The notes beneath the pieces are model-generated. The model saw only the letters and a list, made by a program, of their open reading frames with translations. It ran no database searches and had not been told where the DNA came from. DNA of 64,000 nucleotides from Saccharofermentanales bacterium (GTDB taxonomy: Bacteria > Bacillota > Clostridia > Saccharofermentanales > DTU023): positions 1,427,015 through 1,491,014 of the forward strand of contig JBMNJZ010000001.1 of assembly GCA_050951925.1 (NCBI GenBank). Reading direction: 5' to 3'. Each line of letters starts with the position of its first letter. Position 1 is the first letter of the stretch. A program made the translations under genes and the position numbers. Below are positions 1-9,122 of the stretch, piece by piece.

Positions 1-56
1 AAAGCTGCGAATTTTGTCGTTTTTGCGCCAAATGCTCCTGAATGCTCGTCAGCAAA

Positions 57-3000
57 TTATCTTCTGCGCCGGCGTTTATTGTCTCGTCTGATGCTATAGC
101 CTAAGAATATGAGTACAACAATCAGAACGACAACCAGCAGGAAAAATAAAACCCAGCTCAGCGATGAGAAACTAAATCCGGAACTGCTCTTGGTCAGTTC
201 CGAGTTAGTTGTCGTCATGTTTTCACTTCCCACTGTTGTTGATGCAGGCTCAGACTCAGTATCCGGGCTTTCAGCAACTGTTTCTTGGCCGGTCACGGTA
301 TTCACAGATGGGTGTGTGAAATGGCTGGTCGATATCGGGCTGTCAGGATCGTCAGCGGCCAGCTGATAGCCGGAATAGGCCCGGCCGTAATTACCCGGAT
401 CTTGCCCGTGAGGAGTAACACCCAGTTTCTCTGCACCCTCTTCCAGCAAAGACCGCATCAGAACATCAATACCCAGCGGATGTCCCTTATATTTCAGTTC
501 CGCACCGAGGATAACTCCAATCAGAAGACGATCATCATGAGTAGTTCCCGCACCGACCAGACAATAGCCTGCCAGATCAGTTGTGCCTGTTTTTACGCCA
601 TCATAGCTCTTAAAGTAGCTTGAGCCGTACAATGCAGGCGAGGCCAAAACCAGTTTATTGGTGTTGCGGAGTATTTTCCAACCCGCGACAGGGTGTTTGC
701 TATTAGCCGGCATGCGGTAAGCACTAGTTGTTACCAACTTATGAAAAAAATCATTTTTTAAGCCCTCTTGGGACAACAATGCCAGATCATAAGCTGTAGA
801 ATAATGGTCGCCTTGAGTGAAGCCGCTGGGATTAGTAATTGCTGTATTTTCAGCGCCTAACTTATGGGCGAATTCGGTAGCCATGGCGCAAAATGCATTT
901 CTTTTCTCCAGCGCTGTTCCTTTCTGCAAGGGAGAATAGTTCTCAGCCAGGACATTAGCGCAGTCATTGGCCGAATGTACCATCAAGGCATATAGACATT
1001 CCTCAGTAGTGATCTGCTCGCCGGACACTACACCAGCCCGGGCTGATACGGCTGATGGCAGCTGTGTTGCCTGCGGTGAGACTGTTACAATTCTGTCCGG
1101 ATCAAAACCCGGAAGATTAAGTACGGTAAGAGCCGTTAATATCTTGGTAGTACTTGCCATAGGCAGACGTTTATAGCCGTTGTAATCAATAATAACTTCT
1201 CCTGTTGCGGCATTAAGAACTAAGTAAGCCTTAGCCTTTATGTCTTCGAGCTGCGGCCAATAATCAATTATTTCTGCTGCATTATCTGTCTGAATGTCGA
1301 GATTTTCGGCTGCCGATGTTGTCGTTGATTCTTCGGCTTCAAAATCAGCTGCTTCGGTTTCAAGTTTGCTTTCTTCAATTTGCGCAGTAGCGCTAATGTC
1401 CGCCTCGCCCGCAGCAAGAACAGACCTGGCCGGCGAATTTATCAAGCTGATGGCTGTGAGCAGTGCCAGCAATAAGGCCACAGCATTAGCTCCGGCATGA
1501 TAACCGGTGCGACCCCCTCGTTGTTTCCAGCGCACCCATAACGGGCTGGCCAGAAAGAGCGATGAATAGGTCCCGGCCGCAATGCCGAACATCATAGGCA
1601 AGGCAAACTCAGTAATGCTGGACAGGCCGTATAACTGAGCGAAGATAAAGGCAACGGCAACTGCCAGAAAGGTTGCTGCCGAAGTATTGACGGAGCGTGA
1701 CAGGGATTGGCGAATTGACTTATTTACCAGCTCATCCAGAGGAATCGTCCCACCGGTCAGACGGATATTTTCACGAATGCGATCATAAACCACAATCGTA
1801 TCATTGATTGACCAGCCCAAAATAGTTAAGATCACTGCGATGATGGTTTCGTTAATGGCATCGCCGATCAAGACAATAAAGAAAAATACAGCTAGAATAT
1901 CGTGCAACAATGCTAACAAAGCCATAAACCCCGCGGACGGACCGGACATGCTTCGGAATGAGAACCAGATATAAATAATGATCAGAGCCGAAGCCAGTAG
2001 TACGGCCTTGAGACCATTGAGCAGCATTTCCTTACCGATCAAAGGATCAACCAACTGCGAGGAGGAGAGTTTGATATCGGTTCCCGGATATGCTTGCTCC
2101 AGTGCCTTTGTTACCTGATCCAGCTGTTCGGGGGTAAGTGACTGATTGCCGGCGATATTGAAAGAGATTTCTGTCCTGCTATCGGCTCTGGAAACCATTG
2201 TCTGGGCGCCAACTTCCCGGTTCAATTCAGTCTTTAGCAATGAACTCGCTTCTTCAGGATCTATCTGCCCCTCATAAGCATAATTAATAATACTGCCGCC
2301 GCGGAAATCAATATCAAGATTGACGCCTCGAATCACCGATACAACAACACCGGCTAAAATCAGCACAGCAGATAAAACTGCGAAAGTACGCACATGCCTA
2401 CAGTAATCGTAGGGTTCTTTATGAGGCTTATTGCTTGTTTTGCGCTTGCCATAGAGCCAAGGGTTTTGGAAATATTTGTTGTTAGCTAAAGAACCAATCA
2501 TCAGCCTAGTCATCCAGACACCGGTAATTCCGTTCATGATGACCCCCACCAACAGCGAGTAGCCAAAAGACAAGGTAGTGCCTGAACCGAAGAACATCAG
2601 CATGGCCGCAGCAATCGCTACCGTCACATTGCCGTCAAAGACTGATGAGAATGCTCTGGTAAAACCATTACTGAGTGCAGTAGGAAGATTATCACCGGCA
2701 TTAAGTTCTTCTTTAATGCGCTCCGATATGATGACATTGGCATCTACGCCCATGCCGATCGAAAGAATAATGCCGGCAATACCTTGCAAAGTCAGGGTCT
2801 GTTGCGGGATGGAAATAGCAAGCAGAATGCCGGCTACCTGCGTGTAGAGAGACAGACAGGCGGCAAAACCGGTCAGACGGTAATACAGCAACATATAGAT
2901 GCTGAGAAGCAACAGAGCTATAATGCCGCTGATCACCATCACTTTGAGGGAATCCTGACCCAAGCTGGGACTGATAGTAGATGAACTGGTCGCTTTAAGT

Positions 3001-3728
3001 GCAAAAGGCAGGGCACCGGCATTAATAGTCTGAGCCAGTTCCGAGGCGGATTCGGTAGTGAAGTTGCCGGAGATCTCAGCTTGTCCATCAAGAATCGGCA
3101 CCCTTACAGACGGCAGACTTATTACCTGGTCGTCCATATATATAGCGAGAACATCCTGATTAACCGCCAGGCGGGTGGTTACTTCAGCAAATTTTTCCCG
3201 CCCCTGTTCTTGTAGCTCCAGCAGAACAACCGGACTTTGGCTATTGGGATCCATACCGAAACGAGCCCGTTTAACATCGGCTCCGGTCAGAGCAACGGTA
3301 CCATCGGACTCGCGAAAAGTCAGAAGAGCCATCTCGCCCAGTTCTTGCAACGCTTCTTCCGGATTGAAGTCAGCTTCGTCTGCCTTCCAGGGAAAGCGCA
3401 CAATTATCCGGTCACTGTCGCGTCCGACAATCACATCACGATCAAGAATCTGCCGATTGTCCAGCCTCTGGTTTATGATGCGGCTGGCAGCATCCATCTG
3501 CTCAGCGGTAGGCTTGCCCTCAAAGCCTTGTGGGGTAAAGATTGCCTCTACCCCACCCCTGATATCAATACCAAAACGAATATCCCGGGCGCCTTTGATC
3601 TGAGTCTGTCCGCCGAGCCTGATGCCGAAAATCGCCACCAGGCTCAGCAGAATGACCAGAATTATTATCACGACAATCGTGCCGGGCTTACCCTTGACTC
3701 CAACTTTGGCAAATGATCGTTTCGCCAT
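57..3728 (-). CDS. secDF: SecD/SecF protein-export membrane protein fused to a C-terminal DD-carboxypeptidase (PBP5/DacB-like, peptidase S11) domain with a terminal TM anchor
   Basis: Single 1223-aa ORF. The N-terminal two thirds look like SecD then SecF (12 TM, periplasmic loops). An extra TM follows (AVALLLALLTAISLI), then an acidic linker. The last domain has SxxK (STTK, nt 1152-1154 Ser), SxN (SAN) and KTG (nt 591-593) motifs, and ends in a hydrophobic anchor plus RRRRR. Confidence 0.8.
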   Translation of the reverse strand: MAKRSFAKVGVKGKPGTIVVIIILVILLSLVAIFGIRLGGQTQIKGARDIRFGIDIRGGVEAIFTPQGFEGKPTAEQMDAASRIINQRLDNRQILDRDVIVGRDSDRIIVRFPWKADEADFNPEEALQELGEMALLTFRESDGTVALTGADVKRARFGMDPNSQSPVVLLELQEQGREKFAEVTTRLAVNQDVLAIYMDDQVISLPSVRVPILDGQAEISGNFTTESASELAQTINAGALPFALKATSSSTISPSLGQDSLKVMVISGIIALLLLSIYMLLYYRLTGFAACLSLYTQVAGILLAISIPQQTLTLQGIAGIILSIGMGVDANVIISERIKEELNAGDNLPTALSNGFTRAFSSVFDGNVTVAIAAAMLMFFGSGTTLSFGYSLLVGVIMNGITGVWMTRLMIGSLANNKYFQNPWLYGKRKTSNKPHKEPYDYCRHVRTFAVLSAVLILAGVVVSVIRGVNLDIDFRGGSIINYAYEGQIDPEEASSLLKTELNREVGAQTMVSRADSRTEISFNIAGNQSLTPEQLDQVTKALEQAYPGTDIKLSSSQLVDPLIGKEMLLNGLKAVLLASALIIIYIWFSFRSMSGPSAGFMALLALLHDILAVFFFIVLIGDAINETIIAVILTILGWSINDTIVVYDRIRENIRLTGGTIPLDELVNKSIRQSLSRSVNTSAATFLAVAVAFIFAQLYGLSSITEFALPMMFGIAAGTYSSLFLASPLWVRWKQRGGRTGYHAGANAVALLLALLTAISLINSPARSVLAAGEADISATAQIEESKLETEAADFEAEESTTTSAAENLDIQTDNAAEIIDYWPQLEDIKAKAYLVLNAATGEVIIDYNGYKRLPMASTTKILTALTVLNLPGFDPDRIVTVSPQATQLPSAVSARAGVVSGEQITTEECLYALMVHSANDCANVLAENYSPLQKGTALEKRNAFCAMATEFAHKLGAENTAITNPSGFTQGDHYSTAYDLALLSQEGLKNDFFHKLVTTSAYRMPANSKHPVAGWKILRNTNKLVLASPALYGSSYFKSYDGVKTGTTDLAGYCLVGAGTTHDDRLLIGVILGAELKYKGHPLGIDVLMRSLLEEGAEKLGVTPHGQDPGNYGRAYSGYQLAADDPDSPISTSHFTHPSVNTVTGQETVAESPDTESEPASTTVGSENMTTTNSELTKSSSGFSFSSLSWVLFFLLVVVLIVVLIFLGYSIRRDNKRRRRR

Positions 3729-3880
3729 TTTTGCGCCTTCCCCGAACTATTTATGAATCATAATATGTTCAGATAATTATAGATATTCGCGCAAGTCATG
3801 GCAAATCAGATCAAATCTTTAATTTAGCGATATAGATACTTTAGTATCTGATCTTTGCCAATCAGCAACGCTACACAGGC

Positions 3881-4717
3881 TTAACCTACCTTTTCGCCCT
3901 TGGCATTGGTAAAGGCAGGCACCACAGAGCCATCATAGGTTTCTTCAATAAATTTCTTCACCTTTTCCGTCTGCAGAGCAGCTATCAGCTTCTGGAATTT
4001 TTCAGCCTCCAGCTCCTCGGTACGGACAGCGATAATATTGACATAAGGCGATTCGGCACCTTCAATTGCCAGCGCATCCTTGACCGGATTCAGACCGTGC
4101 TGGATAGCATAATTGCCGTTAATAACTGCAATCGCGGCATCACCATAGACAGTCGGGATTGCTGCGGCTTCCAAAGCCGTAAACTTCAGATTCAGACGAT
4201 TCTCTGTCACATCCTTCTCCGTGGCAGTTACACTATCCACGCCGAGTTTGATAAGACCCTGGGCTTGCAACAGTAACAGAGCACGGCCACAGTTAGTAGT
4301 ATCGTTGGGAATCATGACCTCATCACCGTCTTTGAGTTCATCCAGAGACTTCAAGCTCTTGGAATAAATGCCCATTGGCTCAATATGAATACCGCCCAGA
4401 TTGGACAGTTTCAGATCGCGCTCGGCAATAAACTCCTCAAAATACGGAATATGCTGAAAGAAATTGGCATCAATCTCTTTTTCCGCCAAATCTATATTGG
4501 GCTGGACATAATCCGAGTACTCTTTGATAGTAACTTTGACACCATCTTTTTGCAGATCTTCCACAACCTGCTTGACAATGTCCGCATGGGGCGATGGTGA
4601 GACACCGATCACGATCTCATCGTCTTTGGTTTCTTTTTTACTGCAGGAAGCACCTATCACTGCCGTAAAGGACAGAATAAATACTAATACCAAAATCAGA
4701 ACATTTTTCTTTTTCAT
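3881..4717 (-). CDS. metQ: Methionine ABC transporter substrate-binding lipoprotein (NlpA/MetQ family)
   Basis: Signal peptide with lipobox (VIGASC), MetQ-like sequence, last gene of the metN-metI-metQ arrangement. Confidence 0.85.
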   Translation of the reverse strand: MKKKNVLILVLVFILSFTAVIGASCSKKETKDDEIVIGVSPSPHADIVKQVVEDLQKDGVKVTIKEYSDYVQPNIDLAEKEIDANFFQHIPYFEEFIAERDLKLSNLGGIHIEPMGIYSKSLKSLDELKDGDEVMIPNDTTNCGRALLLLQAQGLIKLGVDSVTATEKDVTENRLNLKFTALEAAAIPTVYGDAAIAVINGNYAIQHGLNPVKDALAIEGAESPYVNIIAVRTEELEAEKFQKLIAALQTEKVKKFIEETYDGSVVPAFTNAKGEKVG

Positions 4718-4771
4718 TTTTTCAACCTCACAATAATAATTTTTGCGTCTGATGAGCTCAGACCTTAATTT

Positions 4772-5419
4772 TTATCTATGGTCAATCGCTCTGCTAAGAG
4801 CGTTACCAAGCAATTGAACTATTTGCACTAAGGCCACGATCATAAGAACTGCAATCACTAACTTCTCCGTGTGCCGATTATACAAGCCCCAGCGAATAGC
4901 CAGATCGCCTAATCCGCCGCCGCCAACCACACCAGCCATAGCCGAATAACCGATAATATTGATAACGGTTGTGGTCATGCCTTTGATCAGGGCCGGCAAA
5001 GACTCCGGCACTAACACTCTCGTAATCAGCTTGGGGATCGACGTGCCCATTGCCAGAGCTGCTTCAATCACACCGGTTCCTACTTCATTGATGCTTGTCT
5101 CCATAATGCGCGCAATGAAAGGAATTGCTGATAGTGTCAGTGATACTGTCATAGCCGGCGTACCGGAAGAACGACCTGTCAGAAGCTCTGACAAAGGTCT
5201 AAAGACCACAATCAGAATAATGAACGGAAACGAACGGAACAAATTGATGATGACGTCCATTATTCGATACAGTTTAGGCCGAGGCACAATCCCGTCCGGA
5301 TGGGTCAATACCAGCACAATGCCCAGAGGAAGTCCGATCGCAATCGAAAAGAAACTGGACAATCCAACCATAACCAGGGTTTCGTTTAAGCCCTGTAAAT
5401 AATCACCCATTATTATCAC
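4772..5419 (-). CDS. metI: Methionine ABC transporter permease
   Basis: Polytopic membrane protein with an ABC permease EAA-like loop. Its start overlaps the metN stop (ATGA coupling). Confidence 0.85.
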   Translation of the reverse strand: MIIMGDYLQGLNETLVMVGLSSFFSIAIGLPLGIVLVLTHPDGIVPRPKLYRIMDVIINLFRSFPFIILIVVFRPLSELLTGRSSGTPAMTVSLTLSAIPFIARIMETSINEVGTGVIEAALAMGTSIPKLITRVLVPESLPALIKGMTTTVINIIGYSAMAGVVGGGGLGDLAIRWGLYNRHTEKLVIAVLMIVALVQIVQLLGNALSRAIDHR

Positions 5420-6480
5420 CTCCCCCCGACTATCGAATTAACTTGAACGGCAAGCTGCTCTGCGCCGGCTTCCGGCTCAATTTTCTTAATATGTACATTC
5501 ATTGAACGCAAATAAGCGAGCGCCTCAACTACTTTAGCCGGATCCTCCTCGCTAAAAGTAACTGCCAGCCAGCCCAGCTGCTCATCCTGCAGAACATTGA
5601 TATCACCAGCCAGCAAATTGATATCCAGCCCGAACTTTCTGGACAGTTCAGAAATCAGCGGCCTGGCCACTTCGCTCCCGGAAAAGCCCAGTCTGTAAAC
5701 ATCAGCTTTGACGAAGGCGCCCAACTGCGAGAGCGGTCTCTCTTCGTCCAGGCTGCGGATCAGAGCTACCGTCCGCGGGTGCTTCGGCTCTAAGAACAGC
5801 TCCCTTACCGTGTTCTCCTCAATAATCTGTCCGTCTTCCATTACGGCAATCCGGTCACATATGCGGCGAGCCACCTCCATCTGATGCGTAATCATCACTA
5901 TGGAGATCTTAAGCTCATCAACCGTCTTGCGCAGCAAATCCAGAATCAGGATTGAAGTTGCCGGGTCCAGAGCAGAAGTACCTTCATCCGACAGCAGCAA
6001 TTTGGGAGAAGTTGCCAAAGCGCGAGCAATCGCAACTCTTTGTTTTTGTCCGCCGGACAGCTCAGACGGATAGGCTTTAACCTTGTCCGAAAGCTCTACA
6101 AAACCCAGAAGCTCTTCAACTCTGCGGGCGACTTCCGCTTTGCCCTTGCCTTGCAGCTCCAGAGGATAGGCAATATTATCCTTTACGGTCTTCTGGGCAA
6201 ACAGATTAAAGTGCTGGAATATCATGCCTATCTGCCGTCTCTTTGCTCTCAGTTCTTGCGGAGAAAGCAATGTCAAATCCACACCTTCAAAAAAGACTTT
6301 GCCGCTGTCCGGCTTCTCCAGCATATTGATACAGCGGATTAAGGTCGATTTCCCTGCTCCGGATAAACCGATCAAACCATAGATTTCACCCGGCGCCACT
6401 CTAAAAGACACATTCTTCACAGCCTCGATATCACCCTCCGGTGTTTGGAAGCTTTTATTTATTTCTCTTAACTCCAGCAT
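5416..6480 (-). CDS. metN: Methionine ABC transporter ATP-binding protein
   Basis: Walker A GLSGAGKST, signature LSGGQKQR, Walker B LLLSDE, C-terminal NIL/ACT-like domain. I moved the start to the ATG at 6480, preceded by GGAGGAGAG. The track start at 6555 would run into the leader terminator. Confidence 0.9.
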   Translation of the reverse strand: MLELREINKSFQTPEGDIEAVKNVSFRVAPGEIYGLIGLSGAGKSTLIRCINMLEKPDSGKVFFEGVDLTLLSPQELRAKRRQIGMIFQHFNLFAQKTVKDNIAYPLELQGKGKAEVARRVEELLGFVELSDKVKAYPSELSGGQKQRVAIARALATSPKLLLSDEGTSALDPATSILILDLLRKTVDELKISIVMITHQMEVARRICDRIAVMEDGQIIEENTVRELFLEPKHPRTVALIRSLDEERPLSQLGAFVKADVYRLGFSGSEVARPLISELSRKFGLDINLLAGDINVLQDEQLGWLAVTFSEEDPAKVVEALAYLRSMNVHIKKIEPEAGAEQLAVQVNSIVGGR

Positions 6481-6549
6481 CTCTCCTCCGCTGAACCATT
6501 CTTCATTCCGCCGATTCCCGGCTATTCCCGCCCTCATCGCCGCTTTCCC

Positions 6550-6584
6550 AAACAAAACAAAAAGGGAAGCACTCGCTTCCCTCC
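6550..6584 (-). terminator. Intrinsic terminator in the metNIQ leader (attenuator)
   Basis: Minus strand reads AGGGAAGC-GAGT-GCTTCCCT followed by TTTTGTTTTGTTT. It lies between the promoter/leader ORF and the metN start. Confidence 0.75.
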
Positions 6585-6606
6585 CACAGACCGGATCTAT
6601 TCCGAC

Positions 6607-6702
6607 TTATTGCATGAAGAAGGAAGCGAAGACAGGGCCGGGCATCATCATAGCTCTGGACATAGCTGGAGCAAAATCAGATTTCAGATTCAACACGGTC
6701 AT
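6607..6702 (-). CDS. Candidate Met-rich leader peptide (31 aa: MTVLNLKSDFAPAMSRAMMMPGPVFASFFMQ)
   Basis: ATG at 6702 sits 5 nt after AAGGAAG, and the stop TAA is at 6607-6609. Six of 31 codons are Met, including an MMM run. The ORF covers an antiterminator segment that pairs with the 5' arm of the terminator. Confidence 0.4.
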   Translation of the reverse strand: MTVLNLKSDFAPAMSRAMMMPGPVFASFFMQ

Positions 6703-6742
6703 CTCGGCTTCCTTTCTTGAATATTTTTTCAACTATTTGGAA

Positions 6743-6771
6743 ATTTTAGCTTTAACCTGCCCCCCTGTCAA
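6743..6771 (-). promoter_or_regulatory. Sigma-70-type promoter of the metNIQ leader
   Basis: Minus strand: TTGACA (6771-6766), 17-nt spacer, TAAAAT (6748-6743). Confidence 0.6.
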
Positions 6772-6783
6772 GCCCTGAATCAA

Positions 6784-8094
6784 CTAAATATAAAAATATC
6801 TTTCCACATCATTTCTGATTAAATCATCATAGCTTTGCCTCTTAACCGCAAGTCGGCATTCACCGTTTTTTGCGAAGACAACAGCAGGCTTTTTCATTCC
6901 GTTGTAGTTGGAACTCATGGAATAGTTATAGGCGCCGGTAGAGGGAATGACTAAAATATCTCCGGGACTTGCTTCGGGAAGCTTTATACTTTTAATTAAA
7001 ATGTCTCCTGTTTCACAGAGTTTTCCTGCTACTGTATACTCCTGAACAGGTTCATCATTTATCTTGTTGGCTATTCCCGCCTCATATTCGGCCTGATAAA
7101 GAGCGTGACGGGGGTTGTCCGTCATACCGCCATCTACAAATAAATACCGGCGCCCCGTGATGGTTTCTTTGATGCTTCCAATGGTATAAATTGTGGAACC
7201 GAAATCATTTATTAAAGACCTGCCCGGCTCAATACTTATAATTTCTACATCGAAATCCAAAGAACTTAATTTTTCTTCTATTGTGTGAACATATTTTTTC
7301 AAAAACTGAGACAAGTCGAAAGGCCGATCTTTTTCTGTGTAATAAACTCCAAAGCCGCCACCAAGATTAATTTCTTTAATATCTAAATCCAGCTTGGTCT
7401 CAATATCGTGGGCAAACTGAATCATGGCCAGGGCAGCTGCAAAGAAAAATTTTTCATCAAATATTTGGGATCCTATATGACAATGAATACCCCTGAAGTC
7501 TACATATTCATCATTATTTATCTCTTCTATCAACTCTTGAGTTTTTTCATTAAAGATGCTCATGCCAAATTTGGAATCATGCTTTGCGGTCTGGATATAC
7601 CTATGGGTTTCAGCTTCAATTCCCGGATTTACCCTTAGAAGAATTGACACCTTCACCCGGTCCCTATTTGCTATCTTGGAAATCAACCGGTATTCATATT
7701 CATTGTCAGCTACAACTGTTCCCACATCGCCGGATATGGCAAATTCCAGTTCTTCATATAATTTGTTATTCCCGTGACAGTAGATTCTTTCCGGAACCAT
7801 CCCGCCCTTTAATGCTGTATATAACTCGCCGCCGCTTACCACATCTATATATAGGCCTAATTCTGCTGCCAAATTGACCATATATAAATTTGTAAAGGCC
7901 TTGGATGCATAAATCACCCTGGTTTCAAATTTGTCCGACTGGAAATTATCTAAAAAGATTTGAGTTTTTTCTTTAAAACCCTCTTCGTCAACAATATACA
8001 AAGGCGTTCCGAATTCCTCCCTGAGTCTTTCCACGCCTACGCCTCCAATGTAGAGTTCATTGTTTCTGGCCTCCATCGTTCCAAAAAATTTCAC
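6784..8094 (-). CDS. lysA: Diaminopimelate decarboxylase
   Basis: Fold-III PLP decarboxylase motifs (YASKAF PLP-Lys region, HIGSQ, CETGD). The start is probably GTG at 8094 (SD AAGGGAG) or ATG at 8076. The track start at 8127 lies inside the upstream terminator. Confidence 0.85.
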   Translation of the reverse strand: MKFFGTMEARNNELYIGGVGVERLREEFGTPLYIVDEEGFKEKTQIFLDNFQSDKFETRVIYASKAFTNLYMVNLAAELGLYIDVVSGGELYTALKGGMVPERIYCHGNNKLYEELEFAISGDVGTVVADNEYEYRLISKIANRDRVKVSILLRVNPGIEAETHRYIQTAKHDSKFGMSIFNEKTQELIEEINNDEYVDFRGIHCHIGSQIFDEKFFFAAALAMIQFAHDIETKLDLDIKEINLGGGFGVYYTEKDRPFDLSQFLKKYVHTIEEKLSSLDFDVEIISIEPGRSLINDFGSTIYTIGSIKETITGRRYLFVDGGMTDNPRHALYQAEYEAGIANKINDEPVQEYTVAGKLCETGDILIKSIKLPEASPGDILVIPSTGAYNYSMSSNYNGMKKPAVVFAKNGECRLAVKRQSYDDLIRNDVERYFYI

Positions 8095-8124
8095 TGAATA
8101 CACTCCCTTGAAATTACGATTAAA

Positions 8125-8155
8125 CACAAAAAACCACGAGCAAAAGGCCTCGTGG
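8125..8155 (-). terminator. Intrinsic terminator after the hexapeptide-transferase gene
   Basis: Minus strand: CCACGAG-GCCTTTTG-CTCGTGG followed by TTTTTTGTG. Confidence 0.7.
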
Positions 8156-8227
8156 TCACAGTAATCCTTCTGCCCAAACGCGAGCAGCGCTCCAAATAAA
8201 TACCGTCGCAGCCTTAGAGTAAAACAA

Positions 8228-8899
8228 CTAGGCCTTGATTGTCACTATCTCTCCGTTCTGTTTCAGGATCGAATGGGCCGGCACATATCCTCGCACCGTT
8301 GTTAGCGGATAAATTCTGCTACCTGCACCTATCACAGAACCGGGATTAAGTACAGCATTGCAACCAATTTCCACCTGGTCGCCGATCATTGCTCCCATCT
8401 TCCTAAGATCGGTTTTTATTCTGTTTTCCGAGATTCTTATTTCCACATTTGTTCTATCAGATTTTATATTTGATGTAATTACTCCTGCGCCCAGATGGGC
8501 ACCATAGCCCAGAATCGAATCGCCGACATAGTTAAAATGGGGCGCTTCTACTTTCTCAATTAAGATAGAGTTCTTTATTTCAGTAGAATTGCCTACAACA
8601 CAATTGTTGCCAATCAGAGCATTGCCGCGCAGAAAGGCACAATGTCTGATTTCAGTTCCCGGGCCGACAATGATATTTGTGCCTAAAAAAGCCGACCTGG
8701 CTATGATGGCGGATCTGGCTATCCAGACATTGCCGGAATGTTTGACATAGTCGGACTCCGGCAATTTATTGCCTAAGGCCTCAATAAAGCCGCCAATATC
8801 TTTAAGGATTTCCCAAGGGTATTCAGAGCTTTTTAGCAGTTCTTCCGCCATGCCGTATCCATGTGGGAATAATGCTCTTGTTGTCAAAAAATTCTCCAT
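8228..8899 (-). CDS. Left-handed beta-helix (hexapeptide repeat) transferase, GlmU C-terminal-like
   Basis: Repeated [LIV]-G-x4 hexapeptide pattern through most of the 223 aa. Substrate unknown. Confidence 0.55.
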   Translation of the reverse strand: MENFLTTRALFPHGYGMAEELLKSSEYPWEILKDIGGFIEALGNKLPESDYVKHSGNVWIARSAIIARSAFLGTNIIVGPGTEIRHCAFLRGNALIGNNCVVGNSTEIKNSILIEKVEAPHFNYVGDSILGYGAHLGAGVITSNIKSDRTNVEIRISENRIKTDLRKMGAMIGDQVEIGCNAVLNPGSVIGAGSRIYPLTTVRGYVPAHSILKQNGEIVTIKA

Positions 8900-8933
8900 A
8901 TACTTCCTCAGCTCTTAGTAGTTAATATCTGCC

Positions 8934-8966
8934 ATACAAAACCCGTAGGCGTACAACACCTACGGG
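8934..8966 (-). terminator. Intrinsic terminator after tRNA-Pro
   Basis: Minus strand: CCCGTAGG-TGTTGTACG-CCTACGGG followed by TTTTGT. Confidence 0.7.
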
Positions 8967-8971
8967 GCTCG

Positions 8972-9047
8972 TGGTCGAGGTGAAGGGACTCGAACCCCCG
9001 ACATCTTGCTCCCAAAGCAAGCGCGCTACCAGCTGCGCTACACCTCG
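8972..9047 (-). tRNA. tRNA-Pro (anticodon UGG), CCA encoded
   Basis: I folded the cloverleaf by hand. Acceptor is CGAGGTG/CACCTCG, anticodon stem CTTGC/GCAAG with loop TTTGGGA, T-loop TTCGAGT, 3' ACCA. Confidence 0.85.
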
Positions 9048-9057
9048 AAACAACGCC

Positions 9058-9087
9058 ATTGTAACCATAGTGCCGATAATCTGTCAA
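9058..9087 (-). promoter_or_regulatory. Sigma-70-type promoter of tRNA-Pro(UGG)
   Basis: Minus strand: TTGACA, 18 nt, TACAAT, ending about 10 nt before the tRNA 5' end. Confidence 0.6.
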
Positions 9088-9122
9088 TTTATCCTCCAGC
9101 TCTTTGACCGGCAGTAAACTTC

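Noticed and set aside
109-3716. Numerous 60-160-aa plus-strand ORFs inside secDF
   Set aside because: They are antisense shadow ORFs with low-complexity translations inside a well-supported gene.
3800-3859. Long imperfect hairpin (GGCAAATCAGAT...ATCTGATCTTTGCC) between metQ and secDF
   Set aside because: No T-tract follows it on either strand and it has no recognisable motif. It may be a weak terminator or stabiliser, but I cannot support a specific call.
6600-6720. Expected a SAM-I (S-box) riboswitch or Met T-box upstream of metNIQ
   Set aside because: I could not find the S-box core (GGnGGAGGGA...GGCCC.ATGA...GCAACC) or the T-box consensus. The region is better explained by a leader ORF plus alternative hairpins. 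A covariance-model scan is still needed to exclude other SAM riboswitch classes.
8128-8227. Possible lysine riboswitch (L-box) in front of lysA
   Set aside because: The intergenic region is only ~100 nt, too short for an L-box. It consists mainly of the terminator hairpin of the upstream gene.
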